Part shown: one piece after another, positions 21,880 to 36,300 of the stretch | Layout of the letters: the number at the start of each line of letters is the position of its first letter | Position numbering within the stretch: the first letter of the stretch is position 1 | NCBI GenBank assembly: GCA_903813345.2 | Contig: CAIIXF020000001.1 | Span: 43,028,001 to 43,092,000 of the forward strand | DNA from: Owenia fusiformis | Lineage: Eukaryota | DNA: 64,000 nt | Direction of reading: 5' to 3' | Translations under genes and position numbers: made by a program | Notes under the pieces: generated by a model | Seen by the model: the letters and a program-made list of their open reading frames with translations, nothing else | Told to the model about the DNA's origin: nothing | Databases searched by the model: none

Positions 21880-24601
21880 CACTGGGGAGTATCGTGATGC
21901 AACAACACCGTGTTGTTGCATCAAGATGGCCAGACTTCCGGTGATAGATTTTCGTACGATATTTTGTTTCCCCAATTAAACCCATTTCTAGGACGAGTTG
22001 CTCAATAACCATACACGTGCAGTTAGCGCACGATCTATATTTAAAGAAACTGTCATTAGTATACATGTACCATCACCAAGAAGCAATAAGTTCACGGTTT
22101 TAGTTCCTCACTATTGATGCAACAACACCAAACCGAAGATGCAACAACACTCCTCTAGATTTGAGCAATGATGCAGCAACACCAATTAATAGCATAATTT
22201 CAGAAGACCATAAATCTCGAGAGGAACAGATTTTTAAATGCTTCTATTGCAACACCGTTACCCATTACCCATATTTGCGTTCTTCTTAAGGCATTCAAAA
22301 TACACGTCCTGCAGGCGAAGATCCTTTATATGTATTTTCAAAAATTTATACTTATAAATATTATAATGTACTGGACGTTGTTCTATAACATAGTTCAATC
22401 GCCTTTAACATGGCAAGCTTTAGTAACCCAATCTCTTTTCATAAACCACTGTTCCATAGCTTGATGACCCTGACTCCAGTTAGTATCATTCAAAATGGTG
22501 GACAAACATCTTTCGTTCTCGGTAAACATGATGAGCTATTGGAAATTATCTGCCATCCATCTGTGGAACAGTGGTAAACTAGTAGATGTATGTTACCACT
22601 GTTTATCAAATTATAACTAAAACAGTTTAACTGTGACATTCGTGAGCTTGTATATGTTGACTAGGATGATTGCTTCATCTATGATATAATATGATATGAT
22701 TCTTTATTTCCTCCAATTTGGAGAGCCAACGTGTAAAAACGTTCCTAATTGACTTTATTAGAGAGTATACAACTCTTCAATTCATACTTTGGGTGGGATA
22801 ACAAAGGATATACAATATACAATTGTAGACCTCTCTTGAGGTCAACTGGCAAAATTGTATACCGATACTGTAATCCTTGAAAGTTCGGAGGTCGAGGTCA
22901 ACAGTACTCTCAGGGTTTACTGTTGAGGTAAACACTTTGGCCAGTTGACCGAATAGAGAGGTTAACAATTGTTTGTTAGTCCGAAGAATATAATAATTTG
23001 AAGGATATAATATACAATTGTAGACCTCTCTTAAGGTCAACTGGCAAAATTGTAAACCGATACTGTAAACCTTGAAAGTACTGTTGATCAAGACCAGAGG
23101 ACAAGGACACCTTTGCCAGTTGACCGAAAAGAGAGGATAACAATTGTTCTGTTAGTCCAAATAATATAATAATTGGACGAATATATAATCGAATATCACG
23201 TGAACATATTTGATAAGTAAAGGTATCATATTTTAGCAAAAAATCCCCAAACCGTCGAATATTTTTTACACAACTTATTTTTTCAAAATTAAAAAAATTT
23301 CAACATTAAAAAAACAATTTCTCAAAAATAGGGGTCAACAGTACCTAGTAGAGATCAACAGTTTACAATTGTTGACCTCCCCAGAGGTCAACCGGCAAAA
23401 TTGTATACCGAGACTGTAAACCGAAAAACTACTGGTGACAGAGACCGAAGGTCGAGGTCAACAGTAGTTTCAAGGTTTGCAGTCGAGGTATATGATTTTG
23501 ACGGTTGATCGAATGGAGAGGTCTACAATTGTTTTGTTAGTCCGAGTAAACTAATAATACACATATAGACGACAATCATCAATCAGCATGGCTTCATTTC
23601 ACAACCTTTTCTCCGAACCACGTGAGCAATATTTTTTTTAGAAAATCTGGAGACAGTGCAAGTAGTTTAACTCTGTATTTGGCACATCATGGCGTACTCG
23701 TTAGTGAATTAATTTTGATTTTAAGTTTCTATTTGTATTTTTGCTATACTTGTCGCCTAGTAAAGTCATTTTCATCAACGTTTACAAAATGTCCGTCTTC
23801 CATGTTTTTTCAGAAGTAGCGGTCAACAGTACCTAGTAGCGGTCAACAGTACATAATTTTGACCGCTAATCACCCAATCGGAATCGAGTATTTCAGTTGA
23901 GGTACTAACAATATATTTTGTTGCCCGCTCATCAACCAATCAGAATTGAGTATTTCAATTGAGGTACTAACATAGAATGACTGATATCTGTTGTCTTTCC
24001 AAAATAATATTAGTTATTTGTAAGCAATTTCCATACGGTAAATCAAGGGCATTTAATTTAGAAAATGTATAATATTTATATTATCAGATACAATATCAAT
24101 GAGATTGCTTCCCGGGGATTCTGTACTTTATTTAGTTTGCCTTGTATATCCTTTTAACTTTGATATAGACAAAGAAATCAAACAAAATACGTTTCGTTCA
24201 TGGACCACTGACTCACGCGTTTTATTCATGTCCCGACCTACACCTGTAAACAGAAAATAAAACAGTTTCTCTTGTTGTTCAATGATACATTATATTGGCG
24301 TTTTTGCATCAGCACATTGGTGTTGTTGCATCATCGAAAATAAACAGAGTGGTGTTGTTGCATCAATAGTGAGGAATTAAAACCACGAATTTATCGCTTC
24401 TTGATGATGCTACATGTATACCAATGACAGTTTTTTAAAATATATATCATGGGCTAACTGCATGTGTATGATTAATGAGCAACTCGTCCTAGAAATGGGT
24501 GTAAATTGGGAAAACAAAACATCGTACGAAAATCTATCACCGGAAGTCTGGCCATCTTGATGCAACAACACGGTGTTGTTGCATCACGATACCCCCCAGT
24601 G
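21880..24601. mobile_element. Non-autonomous DNA transposon with about 250-bp TIRs, CAC...GTG termini and 5-bp TSD (Transib-like)
   Basis: 21880-~22130 is the reverse complement of ~24350-24601; AAGTT directly flanks both ends (21875-21879, 24602-24606). No transposase ORF. Confidence 0.85.
22806..23972. repeat. Internal repeat cluster: about 3 quasi-palindromic 175-190-bp units plus a duplicated end motif, probably a nested element
   Basis: TACAATTGT.GACCTC...GGTCAAC.GGCAAAATTGTA at about 22817, 23012 and 23364; CCAATC.GAAT.GAGTATTTCA.TTGAGGTACTAACA twice (23875-23972). Confidence 0.7.
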
Positions 24602-27472
24602 AAGTTGCTATGGATATATTGTTGAAGCTATTGTAATTACCCCATGCGTGATAATATTATCATCAATTTAGCAGTTTGAAATTCTCGCTAATTGATGAAG
24701 CACAGGCCAGCTCAAATTAATGCGAACGAACTACCAATGGCACAAATCATTCAAAACATGAAAATCTGGGAAAAGGGAAAGCGAAGAACAGACCAGTAGA
24801 AATTTAGACCAGTAAAACATTTTGGTAGCTATTGCTCGTAGTAGTGCTGTCCCCCGTGCTTTCACTACCCCAATTTCGTTATACTGGGCTTGGAATTAAG
24901 TTATGCGACTTCCAGATTCTTTCCAGAGTAACATTTTGGGTGGAGTAAAAAAACAACGATAAGTGAAGTTACTACTGTACACGTCATTAATTTTTTCAAA
25001 CATAAATGAGGAAATAATGGACCAAAGACTTGAAGCGGATTTGGGCTGAAAATCAAGTCAACGTTTGAAATTCACTCCAGTGGCGCCATCTATTCTATAA
25101 TCAGAACTTTAGATAAAACCCTACAACCATTTACTCTGTAGACTACCTGAAACAAAATTATACCAAAAATATCGTTAATCGGGGCTTAGGTCTTAGAGCG
25201 ATTTTATCATAAGTTTAAATCCTAGACATTAATGTAGACTAGAGAATGAAAAATGAAAGCTTATCCCGATGTAACAATAAATGCGCCCTCTAACTCTCAA
25301 CAAAGTGGTGACCTCTGGTTCGTTCGTTCATCATCTTTTGATTAGGATCATGTACCATTGTGAAGAACTCACTAATAGCCCATAACCTACATCTTTTACC
25401 ATATTGTTAATGTTTGAATGATCGATTATCAAGAATAACATAGGTCGCAAATAGTGTGTATTGCAGTAGTCAAAAATATTAATGTACTAACTAGAAAAAT
25501 CGTTACATATAAGCCTGGGTGTTTGAAGTTTGAACACTTTTGTTCTTTAATTTGCGCCGTAGCGTGACATGTTTTCATAAATTCGATGAATTAACGTTTT
25601 ATTGAAACACTAGTTAGAATGTAATTTAAAGTTCTCTCCTTCATCCTAGCTCAAGTCTATTATTGGATAATCGACCGAGAAAATAAAAATTTGCAATTCG
25701 CCTCATCAAGCCCCCGCAAGACCATTCTTGACAAAATAGGACTACATACAAAATTTCGTTCCCTCAACCTCCCCGACTCCATGGACTCTGTGAACAAATA
25801 GTTTGTCTATATGATAAAACCATTACATCGATCGTTAGGATAAACTACATGGTTCTTTTATCGTGAACAATTGGCCATGACTGCCAGACTGATGTGATGC
25901 CGATGCGGCCTTTAGCAATATGTTTCTCAGTTAGAGACGAACGAATCGACGTCTATTGTTGACTGAGGTTCTTTGTTGAGGTCTGTAGAGTCCAAAAAGC
26001 TCTAGGCAGTGCTTTATTGACCACGTAAACGAACCTGTTCTTGATAAATAGTCAATACAAACAACGGATATCAAAAATGACATGAATAAACAACATGATG
26101 GTGTTCCGTTATACTTCTAGACGTACTCCAGGAACATGTCATGCAAAATCAAACCAAAAACCACTGTAGAAATATGTTTTATTAAGAACAACAATCCTTC
26201 ATACATTTCAGTGGCAGATCCGGGGGCGTGGGGCCCGGGCGTTTCAATTTACACTTATGTCCAACATGCTTATATTTCAAGTGTAATTTTTAAGAATAGC
26301 CAAGGAAATCCTTGTTTTCAAATGGCATGGATTCGTGGTTGAAGCAAATATTTTGAGAAAATGTTATTTCGAATGTAATCTCCTACTCAATGAGAAGTGT
26401 TGATATTTGTGAAGTTTTCCTTACGAAATAAATATGGCTGGATCAAAGAACCCTGCCTTGTTCGAGATGCACTTGACGTCGTTCGGATATTTGGATGTGA
26501 TTGACGTTTTCGGTAATCTCCAAGGAGATGGCCCCCCAGGATCGAAACTGGATATTTCCCAACGTCGAAATGTTCAAAAGATTCGAACCAATAGCTCGAT
26601 CATTTCTTGTGAGTTTTGGGATTTTTCTTAAGGAAATAAGACCAAAATTCACGATTCAAATGTTGAAGTGAACAAAATGGCGGCTCTTTGAATTCGAATT
26701 TTGGATCACGAGACGTCCATATATGGGATAGGATCGATGTTGCACTCTGGGAGCCAATCCTCCTTGGGTAATCTCCTACCACTTTAACTCCCAACTTAAT
26801 TTTCGAAAGCCAAATATGATGCTCACGAATTGATATTTAGGTCACAGATTGATGCAAACATATGTGTACCTTAACTACCGACTTACATTTATATAAATAT
26901 CCACAGTTTACCTCAAATCATCAATGCTCGAAACGGTTTATCATATACCCTGGCGAGTCTAATGTTTCATTTTAATTTATAATTATGGTATCGGATTTGA
27001 GTATGATTTTAGATGAGGCTTAGACAAAGCAATAGAAATGTATGAAACCCCTTGTGAAAATTCGAACGATTTTTTTAGAATCTTCCTTCGAAGTGTTATC
27101 AAAGTGCCCCCGGGAATGGATATTTTGTCTTGTGCAATCAAAATAATAGCGGGTAGTTTGAATTTTTGATTGAGTCTATACCTTACATCTCTAAATTTAA
27201 ATATATATTATTTCATTAAGAGGTACAAGCAGTTGGCGATCCATGATGTACCCTGTGTGCAGAGTCTAGTTATAAACTAAACTAAACTAAACTACTGAGG
27301 ACGAAGCTCTCTTAAAGTCTTATAGTGTAGTCGAACGAATGCAAATGGTATCCATGATGATAAAAGGCTAAATGCTGTAAAAAAGCACGAGTCGACACGC
27401 TGACATTTGGAATTGTAATTTCCATAAAACATTGACTGTCTGTTTGTCAGTGGAATCACTAAAAACATTATT

Positions 27473-29335
27473 AACTAGATTTGGGAAATTGAACGAGTTC
27501 AATTTCAGACTCCAGATCTAGACTTTTTTTAGCCGAGTCATCCAGAATAAGCCAAATTATCCAAAATAAGCTAAGTCATCAAGAAAAAGAAGGATGGATG
27601 GATGGATGGATGGATGGATGGATGAAAAAGGAAGGAAGGATAGGATAGAATAGGAAGGAACGATAGGATAGAATAGGAAAGAAGGATAGAATAGAATAGG
27701 AAGAAGGGATAGAATAGGAAGAAGAGGATACGAAGCAAGGGTAGATAGGAAGGAAAGGATAGGATCAGAAAGGAAGGATGGATGCATTTTTCAATATTTT
27801 CTTCTCTACTCTAGACTTTCTATCAGGATACCATCAGATCAATTTTTCTTGAAATTTCAAAACGCCATGACTTCCGCAGATTCGGATTCCTGACAAAATT
27901 CTACCCCTAATTCATAACTCATACGTTAAATTTGGCGAATTTTTATTTTGACCTACTTTTCGGACACGCCATTACTTCGGAACCGGAAGTCGAATCGAAA
28001 TTTGGTTAGCAGATTTGGTTTTCTGGGAAAATTCTATTCTTAATTCATAACTCAAACGTTAACTTTGGAGAACTTTTTAAATTGACCTACTTTTCGGACA
28101 CCATATCTCAAAAGTGGGTCAAAATACTTTCTGACGGCAAAAGGCTTACGCTATTAGCACACTCTTGGCTACATGTATACACAATTTCGAGGAATATAAT
28201 TAAAGTGTAGTGTCAGAATCGCAAAAATAAGGATAAACTATGAATTTGACCTAGATTTTGACCTAGGGATTTTGGTGTCCAAATTTTGAAATTAGGTAGC
28301 CTTCGAGGTTCCCTTCTTTCATAGGCTTTCATTATTTTAAGCTGTAATTAGTCTATATCTTGTATTTTTTTTCCATTGACATAACATGGGGGACCAAATT
28401 TAGCGATTTTTGAGCTTTCAAAATGTCATAACTTCCGAACCAGAAGTCGGATTGAAATTTGGTTTGCAGATTCGGATTCCTGAGAAAATTCTATACTTAA
28501 TTCATAACTCAAACGTCAAATTTGGAGAATTTTTTATTTTGACCTACTTTTCGGACACCATATCTCAAAAGTGGGGCAAAATACTTTCTGACGGCAAAAG
28601 GCTAACACTATTAGCACACTGTTGGCTACATGTATACAAAATTTCGAAGAATATAATTAATCTGTAGTGTCAGAATCGCAAAAATAAGAAAAAACTTTGA
28701 ATTTGACCTAGATTCTGACCTAGGCATTTTGATGTCCAAATTTTAAAGCTAGATGGCTTTTGAGGTCCCATTCTTTTAAAAGCTTTCATTATATTTAGCT
28801 GAACTCAGTCTATATTTCGTATTTTTCACTTCAAAAAAATCTTTTTTCCCATTGACTTAACATGGGCTCCAAATTTTGCGATTTTTGAGCTTTCAAAACG
28901 CCATAACTTCCTAACCGGAAGTCTGATTCGAATTTGGTTTTCAGATTCGGAATCCTAAGAACTTTTTTTTGGACCTCGTTTTCGGACACTGATATCTCGA
29001 AATCGGTTTGAGATATCAAAAACCTAAATCGATCCTAGGTTTCCTACTTTTTTATAAGGAACACAATGAAAAAAAACCGGATCGAAAATATTGAAGGACG
29101 ACCGAGAAAATCGAAAAAAGTGACAAAGTACTGGATTTGACCTAGTTCTTGACCTTTGACCTAGATAAAAATTTGACCCAATTTCCGAGGAACTAGATAC
29201 TGGACCTAAATTGACCAAATGATTGACTTCACTGAAGACCTTATGGTTATTGAGAAAACTGGTTTAGAAAAAGAAGAAGAAGAAGAAGAAAACTGACGAA
29301 AACAATAGACTCCAGATTTCATCTGGAGTCTAATA
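27473..29335 (-). mobile_element. Helentron/HINE-type element (reverse orientation) with about 460-bp internal duplications and a purine-rich microsatellite
   Basis: Palindrome TAGACTCCAGAT..ATCTGGAGTCTA at about 29306-29332 and AGACTCCAGAT near 27507; hairpin GAAATTGAAC.AGTTCAATTTC; duplicated block CGGACACCATATCTCAAAAGTGGG at about 28095 and 28552. Confidence 0.72.
27590..27785. repeat. (GGAT)n / purine-rich simple repeat
   Basis: Direct inspection. Confidence 0.9.
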
Positions 29336-30544
29336 ACTAAAATCGCGATCGTTTACACTTTACAGTCATCTTGTATTCCAAGAAACTTATCAATTTAATT
29401 TAGAAATGCAAAAAGTTTTTTGTTGTTGTTCGATTATAAAAATGGCACCTGTAGAACAAAGTTTACAAAATCACTTAGAACGGAGATATCTACTTATGTA
29501 ACATTCGTTGACATGTGTCAGTGAGTTAATAAGAAGAATAAGCTTTTGATTGTATATCTTGTTCCCAAAAGAATCTGTTAAGGAGTGGTATATCTTAACG
29601 TATTTTTATCACCCCGAACTCAAACATTTCGAATGCTTATTTCGTGAAAGCTCTGTTGACAATGGATTTGAGTACTCAGAATAAATACGTCAAAATGTGT
29701 AATCATCTCAATAACCACCTCACAAATTATTTTGGAAATTAAAGTGTACGATTTGAGATTTTTATTTTCGAATATTGACGCACTTAGCGAGCCTGACTGA
29801 TTACCGATGAGAAAGAATCTGCTGGATACTATAGAAAACGACTTCTTCATGGTAACACTACCTTAGATCATGAGAACCCATATTAAAGATGAGAAAGAAC
29901 CTCCAGATGGATACGAAGAGCGCATTCTCAAAGGTAGACTGCCCAATAGGCCATGTGAACCCATATTGGCAATGCGAGACGTATTTTGTTTCTAGTTTTG
30001 TTTTTGATGACAAAGAGTGTAGCAAGACTAAAGTAAAGGCTATTATTGTCCCTCCTATTTTTCTATCGCTACTCTATATTGTTATTGAATTGTATTTCCA
30101 GAAATAATTTTGACATGCAACGCCATGGGAATAAAACCATACGGTATTGGAATCCACTCAAATTACTTGAGAAGATACATCCTTTAAAAAGGAGTAATTT
30201 GACGTCCATGAACACAAAAAGTTAATTAAGGGCAAAAAATTAATCAAACTTGATATTTAAGACAGCAGACAAGAATTTTCACCCCAATCAGGAATATATT
30301 GCAAGGCCTGCTGGCAAAGATTCCCCTATCAAAACAATAGCCTATATCTATTCATAAAATGACTCCAAGCTTATGCTTCTAAACTTACGGTTTGATTGAA
30401 TTGAACTTTCCCTAAATTCAAATTTTAAAATGATCATGTATGATATCATTTCAAATCGTTTGAAATGTCTCTGAGGGCCAAAGTGTTGGATATTGACCTT
30501 TTTTGTTGCAAATTAATATTTTTACTAAAAAGTGCATTGTGTGA

Positions 30545-32110
30545 TTGAAAGTGATTTCAAAATCATCTACATCTTTTCAGAAGTTCAAATTTGACTTAAC
30601 AAGTTCTCAGAAGTTCAAATCTGACTTTAAATTTGACCTTCAATGATCTTCTCAAGGTCAAAAAGGTCTTTTTTCAACTTGCTTCAAATTGACTTCAATT
30701 TTTTTCTAAATCATCTACATGTTCTCAGAAGTTCAAATCTGACTAGATTTGACATTTGACCTTCAATGACCTTGAAAAGGTCAAAAAGGTCTTTTTTCAA
30801 CTTGCTTCACATTGACTAAATTTTTTTTCAAAATCATCTACATGTTCTCAGAAATTCAAATCTGACTTTAGATTTGACATTTGACCTTCAAATCTGACTT
30901 TAGATTTGACATTTGACCTTCAATGACCTTCTCAAGGTCAAAAAAGGTCTGCTTTCAACTTGCTTCAAATTGACTAAAAAAATTTTTCAAAATCATCTAC
31001 GTGTTCTCAGAAATTCAAATCTGACTTAAGATTTGACTTAAGATTTGACATTTGACCTTCAATGACCTTCTCAAGGTCAAAAAAGGTCAAAAAGGTCTGT
31101 TTTCAACTTGCTTCAAATTGACTAAAAAAAATTTTCAAAATCATCTATGTATTCTCAGAAATTCAAATCTGACTTTAGATGTGACTTAAGATTTGACATT
31201 TGACCTTCAATGACCTTCTCAAAGTCAAAAAAGGTCAAAAAGGTCTTTTTTCAACTTGCTTCAAATTGACTAAATTTTTTTTTCAAAATCATCTACATGT
31301 TCTCAGAAATTCAAATCTGACTTTAGATTTGACATTTGACCTTCAATGACCTTCTCAATGTCAAAAAAGGTCAAAATGGTATTTTTTCATCTTGCTTCAA
31401 ATTGACTAAATTTTTTATTCAAAATCATCTACATGTTCTCAGAAATTCAAATATGACTTTAGATTTGACTTTAGATTTGACATTTGACCTTGAGTGACCT
31501 TCTCAAGGTCAAAAAAGGTCAAAAAGGTCTTTTTTCAACTTGCTTCAAATTGACTAATTTTTTTTTTCGAAATCATCTACATGTTCTCAGAAATTCAAAT
31601 CTGAATTTAGATTTGACATTTGACCTTTAATGACCTTCTCAAGGTCAAAAAAGGTCAAAAAGGTCTGTTTTCAACTTGCTTCAAATTGACCAATTTTTTT
31701 TTTCAAAATCATCTACATCTTTTCAGAAGTTCAAATTTGACTTAACAAGTTCTCAGAAGTTCAAATCTGACTTTAAATTTGACCTTTGACCTTCAATGAC
31801 CTTCTCAAGGTCTAAAAGGTCTTTTTTCAACTTGCTTCAAATTGACTTCAATTTTTTTCTAAATCATCTACATGTTCTCAGAAGTTCAAATCTGACTTTA
31901 GATTTGACATTTGACCTTCAATGACCTTGAAAAGGTCAAAAAGGTATTTTTTCAACTTGCTTCAAATTGACGAATTTTTTTTTCAAAATCATCTACATGT
32001 TCTAAGAAGTTCAAATCAAACCTTCTTAAGGTCAAAAGGTATTTTCCAACTTGCTTTAAATTGACCAAATTGTTTTAGGTGGTGACATTTTGTCATGTTA
32101 ATGCCTTGTT
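30545..32110 (+). repeat. Tandem array of about 11 variable 120-160-bp units ending in a HINE-type 3' terminus
   Basis: AATCATCTA recurs 11 times; the end TAGGTGGTGACATTTT...ATGCCTTGTT is shared with the element at 46911-47268. Confidence 0.85.
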
Positions 32111-33388
32111 TATGGATGGCATCCTCGTTTACGTCATTCGACCGAAAGCTATGGATGATACTGTCATCTCTGTGATTCAGAATAATTCAATATCTACAAT
32201 GTCGACATTCAATTATACACCCATTGACTTCCATATTAATTAAAATGTACAATGATCGACAATATGTGTGTATGTGTCAGTCATGGATATACTACGTTTG
32301 AAGGCACCTATGACTAAGATGTCTATAAAATCACTGGTTCAATCCAAAATTGATGATTTACTCTGAGATTCAATAGTTTTAGACTAAACCTCATTGATTT
32401 GTTGAAAAAGTAAAAGCCTGTTAGATTTCAGATAATAGAATTGAATCTTTGATTGAGCTAGGTCAGTAGTTAAAGAAATTAGCATGCAAGGAAAAAAACA
32501 GTATTAGATATTAAACTGAAATGTTAACTCATCTTCATTCTTTCCTTCATTCTACATCCTAAACAGACATAAGATCACAGGATCGTAAAAAAGAACATAC
32601 CAGATCAAGACTAAAGTTAGCATAAAACCACTGAATCATTGAGACAAAATATGGCCAAAAACTAACTAACCGGTACCAACCCGAATTATTTTGAACCTTG
32701 TTTCAATGGAATAAATGTAGAAACTATCAAGGCCATGTAATGAATCAGAACTATCGACAGTCCATTCACCAGTGGAGGTGACATATACATTGATTTTGCA
32801 TGATACTAAACAGAGAGCCAAATGAAACTGCAATAATACAGGTCCTCCAATAAATCACGAAATTCACAGACATAAGATCTTGAAAAACAAGCACTATCAT
32901 GACAAAATGGATGCATAAATTATGAATCGGTTAATAGGGTGCTACCATATAACGACCATCATGCGCTTCATGGGGTTTAACAAAACTGCTCCACATACCA
33001 GTGCACAAAAACAATATCGTACATATTGGAATATCTTCGTGGGGATCCAAACAATTCAAAATCTGTTTTGCAGCTAGTACCAATGAGTAAGTTGATTTCC
33101 GTAAAACAGGAATATTGACAGACACAGTGCTAAAGTGGTACCATTCAGAAGTGTATATTGGATTAAATCTACGATGACAATAATCCACTGCATTAGTAAT
33201 AGTTGTATTGGGAAACTACCAATTTCATAATCATGCAAAGGAGCATTGGCTGAGACGCAATCTAGACCTCACGTTGATACACGTAACCAAGAGAGGACAA
33301 ATCTAAGACATGTGTAGCAAATAGACTTCAAAATTCAGCTGATTTAAAGTGGATTAGTCGAAAGTTATTTTTACACGGAAAAGGAAAT

Positions 33389-36300
33389 ATGGCCACGACA
33401 ACCGGTAATGGCTCCGACGAACTTACAAATCCCGACTTTAGTTTTGATACATCGAAATTCAAGAGACGAATGTTCAGGACAAAATCCATCAAAAACCCTT
33501 CAATAGATGACGGTGAAAAGGGACTGAAAAAATGCTTGACAACGTTGGATTTGACCTCACTTGGGGTAGGGAGCTGCTGCGGCACTGGAATGTACGTGGT
33601 AGCGGGTTTGGTTGCCGAAAAGGTTGCCGGTCCAGGTGTTATTCTCTCATTTATCATCGCAGCCATAGCATCGATGTTATCAGGTAAGTTAACACCCACC
33701 AACGGGGAATACGTACACTACATATGCACTTGAGGCTCTCTCTCATCCCACCTTGTATAGATCGCTGCAATTGGGATATTGATCAACATTAAATTGTCGA
33801 ATGGTTAATTGGTACTTTATGTCATTGGTCTTTGATTAAAAATGTATGACTTGATTATCATTGATTATTACCTAAATGTATGAAAACATTCCATTTGCAT
33901 GGTCTATTCAGTTCTGTATGCTTCCTTTGACTGTTTTAGTGACTGCTTTCTCATTATAACTCCATTAAGGATAATCACAAGGCTCAAGGAAAAAATTTTG
34001 ATGAAAGATATTGTCGCACCCTCCCCCCTTATTCTGTCTATGGGTGGGAGGTACACTGAAACATCAGACCGTGGTAAATACTCCCCCATAGGACAAATAA
34101 TATTTAAAGCCTATATTTAAGGCAATTTTTCGGCCAATTGTAATTGAGGAAAACAAATCTAAATATCATAAACAAGCTTACCCAATGAGAAATCGGACCA
34201 GTTTTGGAAAAATGTAGCAAGAACAATTAGTTGCGTCCAGAGACTATCATATACGTGCATCTCTTGATAACAAAAGATACACGATGATTTATGACTTAGT
34301 TGTGGTATACTCATCTTGGATGTGATGTGAAGTTTTGGAAATCAAACTGGTAAATGATGATCACTGTGATGATGGTATAATAGGCGAGGCAGTTTCTTAC
34401 TGAAGATTTTGATTGTGGTCTAATCGCAGGGGAATTTCGGAGTAAACATTGTAGTTGTGGTCTTATCCCGGGGCAATTTTTCAGTGAAATTAATTAACCA
34501 TTAATATACATGAACCTCGACACATTTGATAAGAAAGGGAATATCTCGTATACTACAAGTCTACATCATGATAAACCATGACATCTCATTTCTTCTCAGC
34601 CCTGGGATGTTGGTTCAGGTGAAACAGACAGATGCTATGAGTATCAGAATGACAAGTCTACGTTATTTCCAATAGGATCGTGTGACTACACTACAAGTTA
34701 GGTCTATGTAGCTGTACTCATTTTACTTTTTAATATTTTCGTTACAAATCCCCCTTCACTAAAAGGGTGATCCTCGCATAAGCCTGACAAGTACTATACT
34801 ATCGCAAATAAATTCGATCGGCGACCAGTCTGATTATTGCCGTTTCGTTATTCGATGTTAGAATCATAGGAGGGGGTTAAGCTAACCCTTTTCAATAGTT
34901 GACAACATTCATATTTTTCCAATACCTCCTATAGCCTGCTAGTACCGAATAACATTAAAAGCATATATTTATATTATACGATCTGTCTGTTTGTTAAGCA
35001 GTATTCTCTTGATCGATGCCTCATTTGGGTCTACATATGATATCCCCGCCGTTCCAAATGATTATCTCCATAAATGATCGGTCATAGGGAAAGATTTGCA
35101 CTCCCTAAGGTCTTCATAAAAGGAATAAATTATTACCAACAAGGATTCTATGGAATTCAATGCGTTCAGCGATTCTATAAATGAATGGGTATTATTTCTG
35201 TTCGTATTGTGATTACTCGATAGACCACATCCGGTTTGGAACCGATGCTATAAGATCGTGGGTGTTGGCTTTAGATGCAATAGATCTTACGAGTAATTGA
35301 GGGATTTGAGTTTAAAGAGTCGTCTGCCAATTATCAATCTGCCTGTTTAAATGTTTGCTAGATGAAAATAGTTTAATCATAGAATCGTTGTGGGTGCAGA
35401 TATCATACATCATAACAGCGAAATTGATAATGGATGATGTAATTAGTACTCTGATACATTGCTTCTCTTTGCTATACATTGTTTTTTATGGATGGTGTTC
35501 AACGGGCGGCGTAAAACGTAGAAATTGAGCCGAAGTGGGGAGTCTCTGATTGCAAGTATCTGAAAAAATTCAATGGGCATCCATGCCCTTGAAGGAATCG
35601 TCCAAATACGATCCAAGTGGTCATTGGTATTATGCCCTTGAGCTGTTAGGTGTTAATTCAATTTTGTTCAGTTGATCACTTTGGTCATGAACTTTCAATT
35701 GCCCATGCTTTGGTGCACAAGTCTTTAGCGTCTCCTGTTTTGAGCTTGTATTATGTCATAATAATAATGTCATAATGAGCATATACGTTATGGTCGTATT
35801 AACTCAACAGGAAATACAGTATATGCCATGGCTACTCTTGAATCATGACACTGTTGCAACAGGAACCCTATCAGTACAAATAAATAATAAATATTTCTCA
35901 TAATAGATTGCTTCTGAAACAACAGTTATACATTGAATCTGTTAAATGCCTAAGTAAACATTTGAAGAAACGACTGGTCGATTTCTAGGTTTATATAGGT
36001 AAATGAATATTTCCACAGATTCCTGCCTGGGAAATTTCAAATAGCATTTGTAAAGAATACCAGGAGTATTTGTGTAGAATGGTATTTCATGACGTTGTTC
36101 CAAATTAAGCATTGCTGCAAAAATAGACACTCCCCCACTTCAGCAATGTTTCGTTCGATATTCTACTCCGAGCAAGAAGGTTCACAATATAGCTACCGTG
36201 GGAATTCTCCAGACTTCAATACGACATAGAAGCACAATTATGGTAAACCCCGCTGATGACTTAGTAATTACGGTAACTGAAAGTTGATTTTATTCACAAT

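Noticed and set aside
33328..33702. 124-aa antisense ORF (also 52568-52867 and 61371-61619)
   Set aside because: Shadow ORFs opposite genuine coding exons.
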